A DNA stretch of 64,000 nt from Macrostomum hystrix (taxonomy: Eukaryota > Animalia > Platyhelminthes), in the NCBI GenBank assembly GCA_950097015.1, contig CATNEN010000039.1, forward strand, positions 7,626,001 to 7,690,000, written 5' to 3'. Below, in pieces: positions 13,341 to 27,000 of this stretch. A program made the translations under genes and the position numbers. Numbering within the stretch: the first letter of the stretch is position 1; each line of letters starts with the position of its first letter. The notes below the pieces were generated by a model. The model saw nothing but the letters and a program-made list of their open reading frames with translations. It ran no database searches and was not told where the DNA came from.

Positions 13341-14878
13341 CTCTACTGTCATAACAGGTTACTCTCCTATTTTCATAACAGGTTACTCTCCTACTGTCAT
13401 AACAGGTTACTCTCCTATTGTCATAACAGGTTACTCTCCTATTGTCATAACAGGTTACTCTCCTACTGTCATAACAGGTTACTCTCCTACTGTCATAACA
13501 GGTTACTCTCCTATTGTCATAACAGGTTACTCTCCTATTGTCATAACAGGTTACTCTCCTACTGTCATAACAGGTTACTCTCCTACTGTCATAACAGGTT
13601 ACTCTCCTACTGTCATAACAGGTTACTCTCCTACTGTCATAACAGGTTACTCTCCTACTGTCATAACAGGTTACTCTCCTACTGTCATAACAGGTTACTC
13701 TCCTACTGTCATAACAGGTTATTCTCCTACTGTCATAACAGGTTACTCTCCTACTGTCATAACAGGTTACTCTCCTACTGTCATAACAGGTTACTCTCCT
13801 ACTGTCATAACAGGTTACTCTCCTACTGTCATAACAGGTTACTCTCCTACTGTCATAACAGGTTACTCTCCTACTGTCATAACAGGTTACTCTCCTATTG
13901 TCATAACAGGTTACTCTCCTACTGTCATAACAGGTTACTCTCCTATTGTCATAACAGGCTACTCTCCTACTGTCATAACAGGTTACTCTCCTACTGTCAT
14001 AACAGGTTACTCTCCTACTGTCATAACAGGTTACTCTCCTACTGTCATAACAGGTTATTCTCCTACTGTCATAACAGGTTACTCTCCTATTGTCATAACA
14101 GGTTACTCTCCTACTGTCATAACAGGTTACTCTCCTACTGTCATAACAGGTTACTCTCCTATTGTCATAACAGGTTACTCTCCTATTGTCATAACAGGTT
14201 ACTCTCCTACTGTCATAACAGGTTACTCTCCTATTGTCATAACAGGTTACTCTCCTACTGTCATAACAGGTTACTCTCCTACTGTCATAACAGGTTACTC
14301 TCCTACTGTCATAACAGGTTACTCTCCTACTGTCATAACAGGTTATTCTCCTACTGTCATAACAGGTTACTCTCCTATTGTCATAACAGGTTACTCTCCT
14401 ATTGTCATAACAGGTTACTCTCCTATTGTCATAACAGGTTACTCTCCTACTGTCATAACAGGTTACTCTCCTATTGTCATAACAGGTTATTCTCCTACTG
14501 TCATAACAGATAACTCTCCTACTGTCATAACAATTGATTCTACAGTCATAACACGATTTTACTGCCATAACATGATTCTACTGTCATATCAGCTTATTCT
14601 ACCGTCATAACAGTTGATTCTACCGTCATAACAGCTTATTCTACCGTCATAACAGGTGATTCTACTGTCATAACAGCTTATTCTACCGTCATAACAGCTT
14701 ATTCTACCGTCATAACAGCTTATTCTACCGTCATAACAGGTGATTCTACTGTCATAACAGGTGATTCTACTGTCATAACAGCTTATTCTACCGTCATAAC
14801 AGCTTATTCTACCGTCATAACAGCTTATTCTACCGTCATAACAGGTGATTCTACTGTCATATCAGCTTATTCTACTAT
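13341..14878. repeat. 24-bp minisatellite grading into a related 21-bp array
   Basis: (CTACTGTCATAACAGGTTACTCTC)n to ~14530, then (CTACCGTCATAACAGCTTATT)n. Confidence 0.96.
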
Positions 14879-15509
14879 CCAACGTGTATCCAACATACCA
14901 GAAAGATTCATAAAACAAAAACACCAAGACTTTTGTTGTGTGCTACTTGAAGATTGATCTAGAAAATTCAGTCACACAATCCAATGCGATGTTCCCACGA
15001 ATTGTATATCAAGTTTGCTAGAAATGGTGTGCTATCACAGCTGGTATGACTTACAAATTGTCTTATGCAAACATAAGAAATACAACTTTCCAGTCACGGA
15101 GTTCCTTTTAGTGTTTGCCGAAAACATAAAAACGCGTTTGATATAAATGCTCAGTAGGCGGTTGAAATGTGAGTGCACTGAACTACAAGTACTTATCGTG
15201 TTTTGCTTCACAACACAGAAAGAGCCTAGTACCCGATGTACTTGTGCGATTCAATGCGTCAAGGTCTTAAAGTAAATCAAACTAATAAATCAAAGTATTC
15301 GCCAGTTACAGGGGACTTTCCACGCCTTTTTTTTTTCTAAATTAAGCGGTCGTTTTTTAACTAAACACCGAATGGAAATACGATAGTCTATGGCCAAAAG
15401 TGTACTGTACCCAGGCTAAACCGAAGTAGAGCGCCAGGCAAAATTAGGCCAACAAATATAAGCCCGCTAATAACTCGGATTGGAACTTATCAAGTCCTAA
15501 AAACGCGAC

Positions 15510-18500
15510 ATGCCAAAGGCAGCCGTGCAACAAACATCCGCCCAGCTGCGGAACAGCCGGCTGCAGCCGGAGCCGCGGCCCACGATTAACAAACTATCGT
15601 CCGTCACCAGAGACGAGACATCCTTGCCGAAGCCAAGACCGCAGAAGACAAAGAACCGTGAGCAGCAGCAGCGACCGAAACCGAAACAACGCAACAAGAC
15701 TGCGGGTGCTGCCGACTTTTTTGAATGTGCCGACACATCCGAAAAGGCAGCAACCGGGCGCCACTTGGCCAGGTCTGATTACGAAGTCGGCATCGAAGGC
15801 TGGTCTGTCACCAATAGCAACCTGGACATGTAAGTTGCATTTGGGAATTGAGTTTGAGTTGGAGTGAACTGTTTTTTGAGTTGGTGCCTGATTAGCACTT
15901 TTATTTTATAGTCTGAACTGTCTGCATCGCCCGATTCGCTCCGTCTAGGTCGGCCAACAATCCGGAAAACGGCGAAGAGGTTGCGGCCTTTGACGAAAAA
16001 AAACTGTCGCCATTTTACGAAGGCTACGATGTGCGCAATCTGCTCGAGAAATGGCGAGACCTGCCCTCCCGACTGACCTTGTCAGACTGGGGGTTCTACA
16101 TCAAGACCACCAGGAGACGCTCCCAGCGCAGTCAGGTTGACCGCCTGGTAGCTGATGTCTGCTCAAAGGTGACTAAAATAATAATTAGTAATAATCTGTG
16201 GAACATCTGTGGCTCATCAGAAAGAGGCGATTCTGCCCTTTCCGCTGAATCCTGACACAGATAACCCGTCACACACTCACACAGGGTGTGTATCCGCGCT
16301 GACTTTCTAATTGTCAGGCAGTGTACACTCTCTTTGTGCCTTCAAAGTAGGCACTCTAGGGCTTAAATTGCACGACAAGCCTCCAAATGAATGTGGCCTC
16401 GCCGCGGAATTGAGCACGGGGACCTTGTTGCGAGAGGCAAATCCGCTCTGCCACTCGAACCCAAGCTAATAACCTATCGCGCTGTCTGAAGAAGCCCTCA
16501 GAAGCAACAGACTCGCACTGAACATTCCAGGTCCTGAGCATGCGTGAACTTATTTTCTACTCACTGGACAGTGGCGCCCACTGCCTGATGTGGCTCAACT
16601 CGTCATTGGCTCAAAAGTTCATCTCCGGCATGAGAAAAGGCTGCCACATTATTGGCCGCATTAATGGCGAAATTCTAGTGAAGGACAAGCAGAACTTGTC
16701 CAACTTCATGTCCGAACACCAGTTCAAGGAGTGGATCGAGTGCGGGCCACACGTCTGCCTGAATGAGAAGAACGAGGTTTTCAAACGAAGTCTGCAACGG
16801 ATCTGCCAGCATCAGTACACTGTGAGTGTGGGACTGCCGAGTGTGGGACTACCGGGTGTGGGACTGCCGAGTGTGGGACTGCCGAGTGTGGGACTGCCGA
16901 GTGTGGGACTGCCGAGTGTGGGATTACGGAATGTGACGCCATTAGTTGTAGGCCTGTGGGAGCGGTGACGAAGGTGACAGAATAAAAAAATGAAAAGGAC
17001 TCATAGTGGTGTCTGTGTGCGAATTATCAGGGCCACTACATGGGCAAGTGCATCGATGATATCGCCGAGATGAACTGTCCGAATTTCGACTATTACTTTT
17101 GCGAGTGCTTCCGTCGGCACATCTTTATACCGGAGTTCTACACCTTCAGCCACTACTACCTCATGGAGCAGTTTCTCAAGAAGTACGAGAGTAAGTAGAA
17201 ATAATTGAGCACCTTTGACAGATCCTTTAATTGGGAATGCTACCTCAGGAGTCTCAATAAAAACTCACCCCATCCGTTCATTCACGCCGTCGTCAGCCGA
17301 TGAAGAGTTCAAGCGAACCATCTGGCTGGCCAAACCGGCCTACCTGACTGCCAGCAAGGGTTTCTTCTTGATCCGAGACGCCAGGGAGTTTCGCTACTTT
17401 TATATGGTCAGGTCGGACTCTTGCGTCAGACGCGAGGGCTTCGTCTTGCAGCGCTACCTCCCCAGGACTTGTACCATAAACTCGTGCAAGATGGACTGCC
17501 GCATGTACCTGCTAATCACCGTGACCAATGGCCGGCGGGTCAGCGGCTTCTTTCATCCGGGATACGTGCGCACTACATCGACGGCCTACACGTTCAAGTT
17601 CGACCAGGGGAGGAAAATTAGTGGAAACATTTTTGAGCACTCAACGGCTACAGAGCTGTATAAACTAGCGAATACAAAAATGCCAGGTAAATTTTCTCTC
17701 ATTTTCTCTCCCGTCCGTTCTTCACAGTTAAAAGCTATTTCTCCCCCCGGGAAAAGACCACGGGGATATTATAAATACCCACTGCCTACTTCACGGTAGC
17801 TCCCAAATCAAATGACCGATGACCGTGATAGTCGACCATTAGAATTAGAATTTTCGGGCCTTTACGATGAACTAACTTTCAAAGCCCGATTGTTGTCGAA
17901 GACACTGGTGACAAGGACAGCTAACATTGCTCGGTATAAACCTCTATGGCAATTCGTAGTGGTTAAAAAATGAAAAATGTAACAATGTACCTAATTCAAA
18001 ATAGTCAACATAACATAATAGCCAAGACGGTTCTATGATGAAATTTTGTGAGCAGAAAAGTTATGCTTATATTGGCTGGTGGTTTTTGCCACCACATACC
18101 CCGACGAGAACCATTAAATTTGTCAACGACGCCGATGTTTTGTGATTCTGGAAGTTGTTTCATCGGATAGAGCGGAAAATGTTACCCGCGTTCTGCATTT
18201 TCATGCCGATTGGTTGAATATTTTGGGAGATGCTGAAAAAAATGTGGGTATTTAAAATGGTCTACTGTTATAAAAGCAGTCGAATATTAAAACATTTCAC
18301 CTCATTTCAACTTGCTTAATTACAATTGGGCCAGATGACAGCGAAGAGGATGACGACGACGAAAAGAAGCAGTGCCTGCCGTTCAACGAAGCCTGCGAGC
18401 AGATCACGACAGGCGCTAAGAAGGTGACAAAAGGCGAGGTCGAGATGCCGACGCCATTCGTCAATAAAGAAGACGGTCCTGGTGGCAATCTGCAAGAGAA

Positions 18501-21500
18501 GGATTTTGAAAAATTTCACTGGCGCTTTAAGTACATGATAGAGGTGCTATGCGCAAAGCTGGATCCTATGGTGCGGGACAAGGTCGGCACGTTCCAGATC
18601 TTCGCCCTAGATATTCTGATCGACTCCGATGCCAAGGTGCCAAATCTTATTTCATGCTTATTTTTTGCTCGTCGTTTGCCTTTGCCCGTTGAAAATACTA
18701 GCTAGCTTTGCCTTTAAACATTAATAATCAATAGAACCAAGGATCGTCATGCCTCGTTATCAATAGAACTAAGGATCTTCATGCCTCGTTATCATTAGAA
18801 CCAAGGATCTTCATGCCTCGTTATCATTAGAACCAAGGATCTTCATGCCTCGTTATAAATAGAACCAAGGATCTTCATGCCTCGTTATCAATAGAACCAA
18901 GGATCTTCATGCCTCGTTATCAATAGAACCAAGGATCTTCATGCCTCGTTATCATTAGAACCAAGGATCTTCATGCCTCGTTATCAATAGAACCAAGGAT
19001 CTTCATGCCTCGTTATCAATAGAACCAAGGATCTTCATGCCTCGTTATCAATAGAACCAATAATATTCATGCCTCGCTATCAATAGAACCAAGGATCATC
19101 GCATATTCTCGTATCCTGATTGTACTATGTTATGTCGCTATTAAACATACTGAACATATTTCGCTATTTCGTTATTAAATTTGTGCTTCCTGAGAAGCTT
19201 AAAGGTTCGAGTATTTTTTCATATTATATTCCGTTACTTACCCATCTATATAGTTTCTATTCTATTCTATGAAAGTGAAGTATCCTGCACTATTCCTTTA
19301 CTGCAGCCGTGGCTTTTGGAGATCAACTCACATGTAGCAACGGAGCAGATTTATGACAGCACCCAGTGCCAAGTAATCTCCAATGTGGTCACAGAGGCCA
19401 TTTGCATCATGTGCGAGATGCTTCAAAAGTCAATACAGGAGGAGCTCATTGCCATCGAAATCCAGCAGGATGATCAGCGTCTCGCAAAACTAAGCCGAGC
19501 GCAGCGGCTGATGACGGCGCGAGATAAGCAGGAGATTCTTGACCACCTGCATGTAATTAAAACACGCCATTTGCTTCAATAGATTGTTTCTCGTAACTTC
19601 AAAGTAAACGTCGCTTAAATTTTAAGACAGTCAACCGGAGAAAAACTTCCGCTTCGACGTCCCTTCCAGCTCCGACGTCCCATTCCTGCTACGACTTCCC
19701 ATTCTAGCTACATCCCATTCCAGCTCCGACGTCCCACTCCTGCTACGACGTCCCATTCCTGCTACGACTTCCCATTCCAGCTACATCCCATTCCAGCTCC
19801 GACGTCCCACTCCTGCTACGACGTCCCATTCCAGCTCCGAAGTCCCATTCCTGCTACGACGTTCCATTCCAGTTAAGACGTCCCATTCCAGCTCCGACGT
19901 TCCATTCCAGCTCCGAAGTCCCATTCCTGCTACATCCCATTCCAGCTCCGACGTCCCATTCCTGCTACGACGTCCCATTCCTGCTACAAAGTCCCATTCC
20001 AGCTACGACGTCCCATTCCTGCTACAACGTCCCATTCCAGCTACGACGTCCCATTCCTGCTAAAAAGTCCCATTCCAGCTACGACGTCCCATTCCAGCTA
20101 CGACGTCCCATTCCAGCTCCCACGTCCCATTCCAGCTATAACGTCCCATTCCAGCTCCGACGTCCCATTCCAGCTCCGACGTCCCATTCCAGCTCCGACG
20201 TCCCATTCCAGCTACGACGTCCCATTCCAGCTACGACGTCCCATTCCTGCAACAACTTCCCATTACTGCTACGACGTCCCATTCCAGCTACGACGTCCCA
20301 TTTCTGCTACGACGTCCCATTCCAGGTCCGACGTCCCATTCCCGCTACGACGTCCCATTCCAGCTACGACGTCCCATTCCAGCTACGACGTCCCATTCCC
20401 GCTACGACGTCCCATTCCAGCTACGACGTCCCATTCCAGCTACGACGTCCCATTCCAGGTCCGACGTCCCATTCCAGCTACGACGTCCCATTCCCGCTAC
20501 GACGTCCCATTCCAGCTACGACGTCCCATTCCAGGTCCGACGTCCCATTCCAGCTACGACGTCCCATTCCCGCTACGACGTCCCATTCCAGCTACGACGT
20601 CCCATTCCAGCTACGACGTCCCATTCCAGGTCCGACGTCCCATTCCAGCTACGACGTCCCATTCCCGCTACGACGTCCCATTCCAGCTACGACGTCCCAT
20701 TCCAGCTACGACGTCCCATTCCAGGTCCGACGTCCCATTCCAGCTACGACGTCCCATTCCCGCTACGACGTCCCATTCCAGCTACGACGTCCCATTCCAG
20801 CTACGACGTCCCATTCCCGCTACGACGTCCCATTCCAGCTACGACGTCCCATTCCAGCTACGACGTCCCATTCCAGGTCCGACGTCCCATTCCTGCTACG
20901 ACGTCCCATTCCAGCTACGACGTCCCATTTCTGCTACAACGCCCCATTCCAGCTACGACATCCCATTCCAGCTACGACGTCCTATTCCTGCTACGTCCCA
21001 TTCCAGCTACGACGTCCTATTCCTGCTACGTCCCATTCCAGCTACGACGTCCCATTCCCGCTACGACGTCCCATTCCTGCTACTCATCTTACTTTCCGTG
21101 TCGATTCCATTTTCTACACAATTTCAGCTTTAATGATACTTCGCGTTTTTACGTTCCTTCTAAGTTTGCTTTGATTTCACATTTTTATAAGGTCCCATAA
21201 AGATCACTTGAAAAGTCGATGATATTTAAAGGAAAGAAAATATTTTATTGATAAGAAAGCACAATACATTTAAAAACTCTTGCTTAAAACTTTTGCTTTT
21301 ACCTAACTACAGTTGGCACTACGCAAGACCGAGATCTCGCAGCGGAGGCCGCCAGTTTTCCTTCAGAACTTTTTCTGGTGGTATGACACTCCGCGCTGCC
21401 GCCTGCTTAAGCCGTGGGTGCTGCGCAAGAAGCCGGTGAAGCGTGAGATTCCATGGCACTCGCGGATGCTTCTTGGTCTGTTTAGCCGAAACGATGCTAT

Positions 21501-22631
21501 TCAGCGAAAGAATTTCAAAGCAGACGAGATGATCGCGTGGCATGACGGCCTGGACTTCTACAAGCACGTCTTCTGGCGGGTAAGCGACGCCGAAGAGAAA
21601 CATAATCATTACCAAAAATTGAAAGGGATCAATAATTGTTCTCTTCTACGTTCTCTTCTTTTGAAAATGGTACATTTAAACGTACCACATTATTGGGGTT
21701 TTAATCGCTTCGAATATCAGACTATTTTAGCACCTCATAGGGGTCTGAAAAGACATCTTTAACCAGTCACTGTAACGTCGTCCATGAGGTGTAACGAAGT
21801 TGCTATTCGAAACGCTTTTAAACCAATTAACAAATCTTTCACGCGTCTGTTACGTTTGGTAGCACGACAGCGCTTTGGGGTTGTTCTATGTCGTTTCTTC
21901 CTGCTTTTTGACGCACTTCTTTATCCTCTTAAAATTTAGTGAAATTACCTGTACATCTTAAAAGGTCTCACACTCATGGTCGAGCTTGTTAATCAAAGAG
22001 GAACCCAGCGATTGCCTTGCTTGAAACTTACGCATCTGGGATTTTGTTTTGACTCGGGACAATCGGCTGGAACGATCTATTCTATTCGCGACGCTAAATT
22101 CCCCCTTCGACATTGCAGGAGAAACTGGAGGCCGACATGAAAAATTTCGAAATCGAAAAGATAAGCAAGCGCGCCAAAATGGTGGACAACAGCGGCGGCG
22201 GTGGAGCAAGCACACCGGGCGCATCAGCCGACGAGCCACAGTCGAAGTCAAACATTGAAAACCAGACAATTGCGGCCGGCCAGTTACCAAAGACGCGCAA
22301 CAGCTTTCAAGACCACGAGAGCAGCGAGGAGGAGAATAACTGGAGCAATGCTAACATCGACTTGTTCTGTCATCAAAGCGCGACAAACGAAGAGAATGAT
22401 CAACTCAATGAGATGCCGCGACGGGGCTTCCAACCGCTGCCAACAGTCAGCGAGGTGTTGAACGCGGCTCAGCAGGAGCAAAACGGCGGCCGTCCGACCC
22501 GGCGCAGACAGTCGGAGGGCGAGCTCAAAACTTCAATGGCAGCTAGCCCTTGTGTTGCACAGGGCGGCGGCATGGGTAGGACTCGAAGCTATCGCTACAG
22601 GGCGCGATTCGCTGACGACCCTAAGCAGTGA
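15510..22631 (+). CDS. Tubulin-tyrosine-ligase-like ATP-grasp enzyme, most similar to the TTLL10-type glycylases; divergent
   Basis: Exons 15510-15829, 15949-16168, 16531-16821, 17031-17190, 17297-17686, 18335-18636, 19307-19552, 19583-19603, 21313-21579 and 22119-22631 join in phase. Motifs FIPEFY, IWLAKP, FVLQRYL..KMDCRMYLLI, HPGYVR, FQIFALDILIDSDAK|PWLLEINS. Linkage of the last three exons is inferred. Confidence 0.82.
16224..16462 (-). mobile_element. SINE copy 4 (TTLL intron 2)
   Basis: Reverse complement of the SINE body and B box (gcctcgccgcggaattgagc). Confidence 0.75.
16823..16925. repeat. 15-bp array starting inside the GTGAGT donor of TTLL exon 3
   Basis: (GAGTGTGGGACTGCC)x~7. 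Confidence 0.9.
18726..19097. repeat. 32-bp minisatellite (TTLL intron 6)
   Basis: (ATCAATAGAACCAAGGATCTTCATGCCTCGTT)n. Confidence 0.95.
19652..21082. repeat. CpG-rich 19-bp minisatellite (TTLL intron)
   Basis: (CTACGACGTCCCATTCCAG)n. Confidence 0.96.
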
Positions 22632-23114
22632 GCAACCGGCTGGCTGAGAAGTTTCTTGTCGGACTGGACTCAGCGCGAACCTATTATTTTCATTCGAATT
22701 AGGGAAAAGCTGGTGGCCTGATAAACACATCTCTAGTTTCTCATTGTACACGAAACCCTATGAATAGTACCACCCAGATTTACAGCAGCACACTGATGAG
22801 TAGATCTTATCAGTAAGAATTTTAGCGCCGGTTTTTCAATTACAAGTTATTCAGCAGTCAATATAGCTTTGCTTTGCAATATACGGCCTAATCATAATTG
22901 TATAAGCAATGGGTGATACTTACCGGATCCCTGTGGGCGCGGGCGTAGAAACGTGAACATGAGGGCAGATCTACTTGCGCCTATACTATTATAGTAAACA
23001 ACGTACTTTATTTATAGTCAAATATAACATCACTCGCTTGTATAGCTCTCAAACTATTTGTTTCATTTGCGTTGTTTACTTGGCCCTTCTTATCTTGCCC
23101 GTTATGCCTAACAT

Positions 23115-23320
23115 AGACACATGCTGGATGATAGAAGAGGTAATGACCGACACATGCTGGATGATTAGGGAGGTAATGAACCACACATGCTGGATGATAG
23201 AAGAGGTAATGACCGACACATGCTGGATGATAGAAGAGGTAATGACCCACACATGCTGGATGATAGAAGAGGTAATGACCCACACATGCTGGATGATAGA
23301 AGAGGTAATGACCCACACAT
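23115..23320. repeat. 33-bp tandem repeat x~6
   Basis: (CACATGCTGGATGATAGAAGAGGTAATGACCCA)n, no spacers. Confidence 0.93.
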
Positions 23321-24004
23321 TGTGAACCTCGTGACAATGTGTCGGTCAGTACCTCTTGAACATGGAGCTAGGCGCCCAGGAATGCAACAGACAAAAATGA
23401 TCATAAAAAAATATTGCACGTTTGCAACTTGAACAGGTAGATTAACTTCGATAAGAAGCAGTTCTCGGGCTTTAGGTTAGTCTTGTAAATATAGTTATAT
23501 TTCGTTATTTTAAACACAGTGCATGGAGTTAGTTATATCATTTTTTTGTTGCAAAACAGAACAAGTTGGACAGAGTACAAAGACACATTGTTTGCTTTGA
23601 TTTAAGCTTTACTTGTAAAGAAAAACAAATAATGAAATTTTAAAACCCGACACCACGCGCTCAAGCGTAAGTGATGAATAGTAATTGAAAAAACAACAAA
23701 TAAGTTGAACACATCGAAGACTGAAGATAATCGAGCAGCATGTTTGACTGAATGGCTACATTTGAAGCTAACTTTATTTTTTTAAACTTATAAAAGCAAT
23801 TAACTAAAATATTATCTAAAAAATAGCAGTTTTTGTTCAGGTTTTTAATAATCAAATCTTGGAATCAGATTATCGATTTATTATCTGCAGACTTTGCTAT
23901 TGCTTAATTAGATTTCAATCTGATGAAATAATAATAACATACACACGAAATCAACACTCAGTAACTGACACGGTGAACTTTCAAGCACTCCCCCAACTTG
24001 TTTT

Positions 24005-27000
24005 TTAATCTTCAGGCGACGGTGGCTTATCCACCACCTCCTTTTCCTGCTGATTCTGCAGCTGCAGTTGCTCCTTGAAGAAATTGCTCCTAGCAGCAGC
24101 AGTAGCGGCAGCCTTCTGCTTCTTACGACGCTGCTGCCGTTTGCCGCCTGTGTCTTCGGTGGCAGCGGCCAGCAGGGCGCCCAGAGCGTCGCCGAGGGAG
24201 GTCAACGGCTTCGGCGCGTTGCTCTCATCGTCAGCATCGTCGATTCTAGAAACTGCGGCCGCGGCAGCGGTAGCAGCAGTTCCGGGAGCAGCAGCAGCAG
24301 CAGCAGATGCCGTCGAAGATTTGGCAGGCCAAGCAGCGGCGGCCTGGGCAAATGAGCGCACGCCGCCACCGGCGGTGTTGGCCGACGCCGAAGTCGGCGA
24401 GCGAGCACCGGCCGCAGCCACGGCGGCGAGCAGCGGAGGGTCGGCCTCGGTGAAGGCGGGATTCTCGCGCGGCTCCCTGGCGTTCATAGCCGACGCCGTC
24501 ACCACGAGGTCCAGAGCGGCACCCATCAGGCGGCGGTCCTCGGCGTCGCGGCGTCGGGTCAGCTGGCGCTCCTGACGGGCCAGAGCCTGACGCTGTCGCC
24601 GACGTTCGTCTAGCTGGCGCGAGAACTCGTTGAGGCAGCGCCGGCTGAGCAGAGGCGGGCCTAGGTCAAGCTCAGCGATGGCCAGGCTGCAGGTGAGCGG
24701 CAGGTGACGCAAGTGGGCGGCCCGCTTGCGCAGGGCCGGCGTTACGGACAGCTGCGGGTTGGCGTTGGTGGAGAGGCTTGGTGTGGGGAAACGACTTGGG
24801 GATAATTAGATAACAAGGGGATAATTAGATATTATGGGGATAATTAGACAATAGTAGAACAGGAATAATGGACAACTGGCAGCGCAATCTCACCTGTTCA
24901 ACATGCAGCACGTTGGCCGTTATCCGGTGCGGGCAATTGGCAATGCCGCCGTACTGCCAGGCCAGGCACTGCCAGTTCAGGCTGTGCAGGTAGACATGCC
25001 TGCCATCGGCTACCTGGTAGAAATAATGGGCCGGCTCCTCGCACACCGATGTCAGCTTGGCGCGCCTAGCGGGCCCGGGAGCCGGCGGCGTCGGCGCCGA
25101 AGATGACGGCAGCGACGAGTCTACATCGGCATGGGCGGCGTTGCTAATTGATGACGAAGCGACTGGAGGGGTTTGCATCCTTTGCGGCGGGGCCGCGGCC
25201 GCCGCTGACGCAGCCGAAGAAGCTGACGTTGTCGAAGCCGCCTCGGCGAGGGCGCCGCCAAGTCTGGCGAGGGTGGCGCGCCTGGCTGCGCGAACAAATT
25301 CTAGCTGCTCGGCGTCGGCTTCGGACTGCAGCTCGGCTAGTTCAGCCAGCTCACGAGACACCTGCGGGATTCCCGGCAGATCCTCTAATAGAAAATCCAA
25401 GATCCCTAATTAGTAAATCCAAGATCCCTAAATAGAAAATCCAAGATCTCTAAATAGAAAATCCAAGATCTCTAAATAGAAAATCCAAGATCTCTAAATA
25501 GAAAATCCAAGATCTCTAAATAGAAAATCCAAGATCTCTAAATAGAAAATCCAAGATCCCTAACTAGAAAATCCAAGATCTCTAAATAGAAAATCCAAGA
25601 TCCCTAATTAGAAAATCCAAGATCCCTAAATAGAAAATCCAAGATCCCTAATTAGAAAATCCAAGATCTCTAAATAGAAAATCCAAGATCCCTAATTAGA
25701 AAATCCAAGATCCCTAATTAGAAAATCCAAGATCTCTAAATAGAAAATCCAAGATCCCTAAATAGAAAATAAGACAATCAAATAGAAAATCCAAGATCCC
25801 TAAATAGAAAATCCAAGATCCCTAAATATAAAATCCAAGATCCCTAAATAGAAAATCCAAGATCCCTAAATAGAAAATAAGACAATCAAATAGAAAATCC
25901 CAGATCCCGAGCTTCGCAGATGCCTAGGAAAAACGCAGAGCAGCTCACCACAAGCTTGGCGACATCCTCGGCGCTCGCCGTGATGAGTTTGGCGAATGCA
26001 GCCACGGCCGGAGGACAGTCGGACAGACGTGGCGGCGACAATTTTTCACCTTCGAACTCGCCGTAATTAACATTCACTTCGCCGTCATGGTCACTGGATG
26101 CCAGCAGTTCAACTGGCATTACTCGATTGTCGCCCTTCAGTCGGCGCATCAGCAGCATGGTGATGGCCTCGCCTACGCGGACACTGCCGCCATCGCCAAT
26201 GGCTACGCTATCGCCGTCAAGGTAATTGGCTGCTCCGGCGTTGGCGCAGTCGGCGATGATGGGGCAGAGGCTGCGCAGATCAGCAGGGTAGATGTGCTCA
26301 GCGCAGATGGCGCACTTCTTTGAGCTGCGACCGGCGTTCTCGTAGCTGAGAATAGCGGAGACATTGTGAGCGGATATAAAAATAATAATTATTATTTAAG
26401 GCTTCTTGAACTTCAGTCCTATAAAATAATTCGGGTAATTCAATTGACTTCAAACGTTTAAATTTTTTTAATACAAGTACACGAGTTTTATAAGTTTGCA
26501 CTCGATATGTTATTATTCTCAATTCATCACAGTCACATCACAATTTTTAACTCATTTCGTTATTGCAGTAAGTACACTAAACTATTTTTACGAAAAAAAC
26601 AAATCAAATGAAAGTTTAATTACAATATTCGTGTTGTTGCTGAGTTTTGTCACACTCGTGATGTGACACGAGATCTACTCATATTATTTTTGTAGTACCC
26701 ATCCACAAAGCCATTAAGCCATGAATAGTATTGATAATTAATAGGTCCCTATGTCTCTACTGAAGATTGATCCTATATATGAGTCTCCAATATAAAATTT
26801 ACCTCACCTAAAACTTCATCATGTCCCGCTTGATGAACAACATGGGTTGATTTGTTTTACTTTAGCATACCAAAAACCCATATAGCCACAGATTTATGAA
26901 CCTAATAAACCTGGAACTATTTTATAGGATTAGAGTTACAGAAGCTACCAGTTGCTGCGGGCAATGGCACATCATTTGGTGACACTAGACCTTCAGCCAG

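Noticed and set aside
13291-14568. 425-aa Cys-rich (VTCYDSRR)n ORF
   Set aside because: It is the translation of a 24-bp minisatellite, with no unique domain or signal peptide
18726-23320. 32-33-bp repeats resembling CRISPR repeat length
   Set aside because: Head-to-tail with no unique spacers, no cas genes, eukaryotic context
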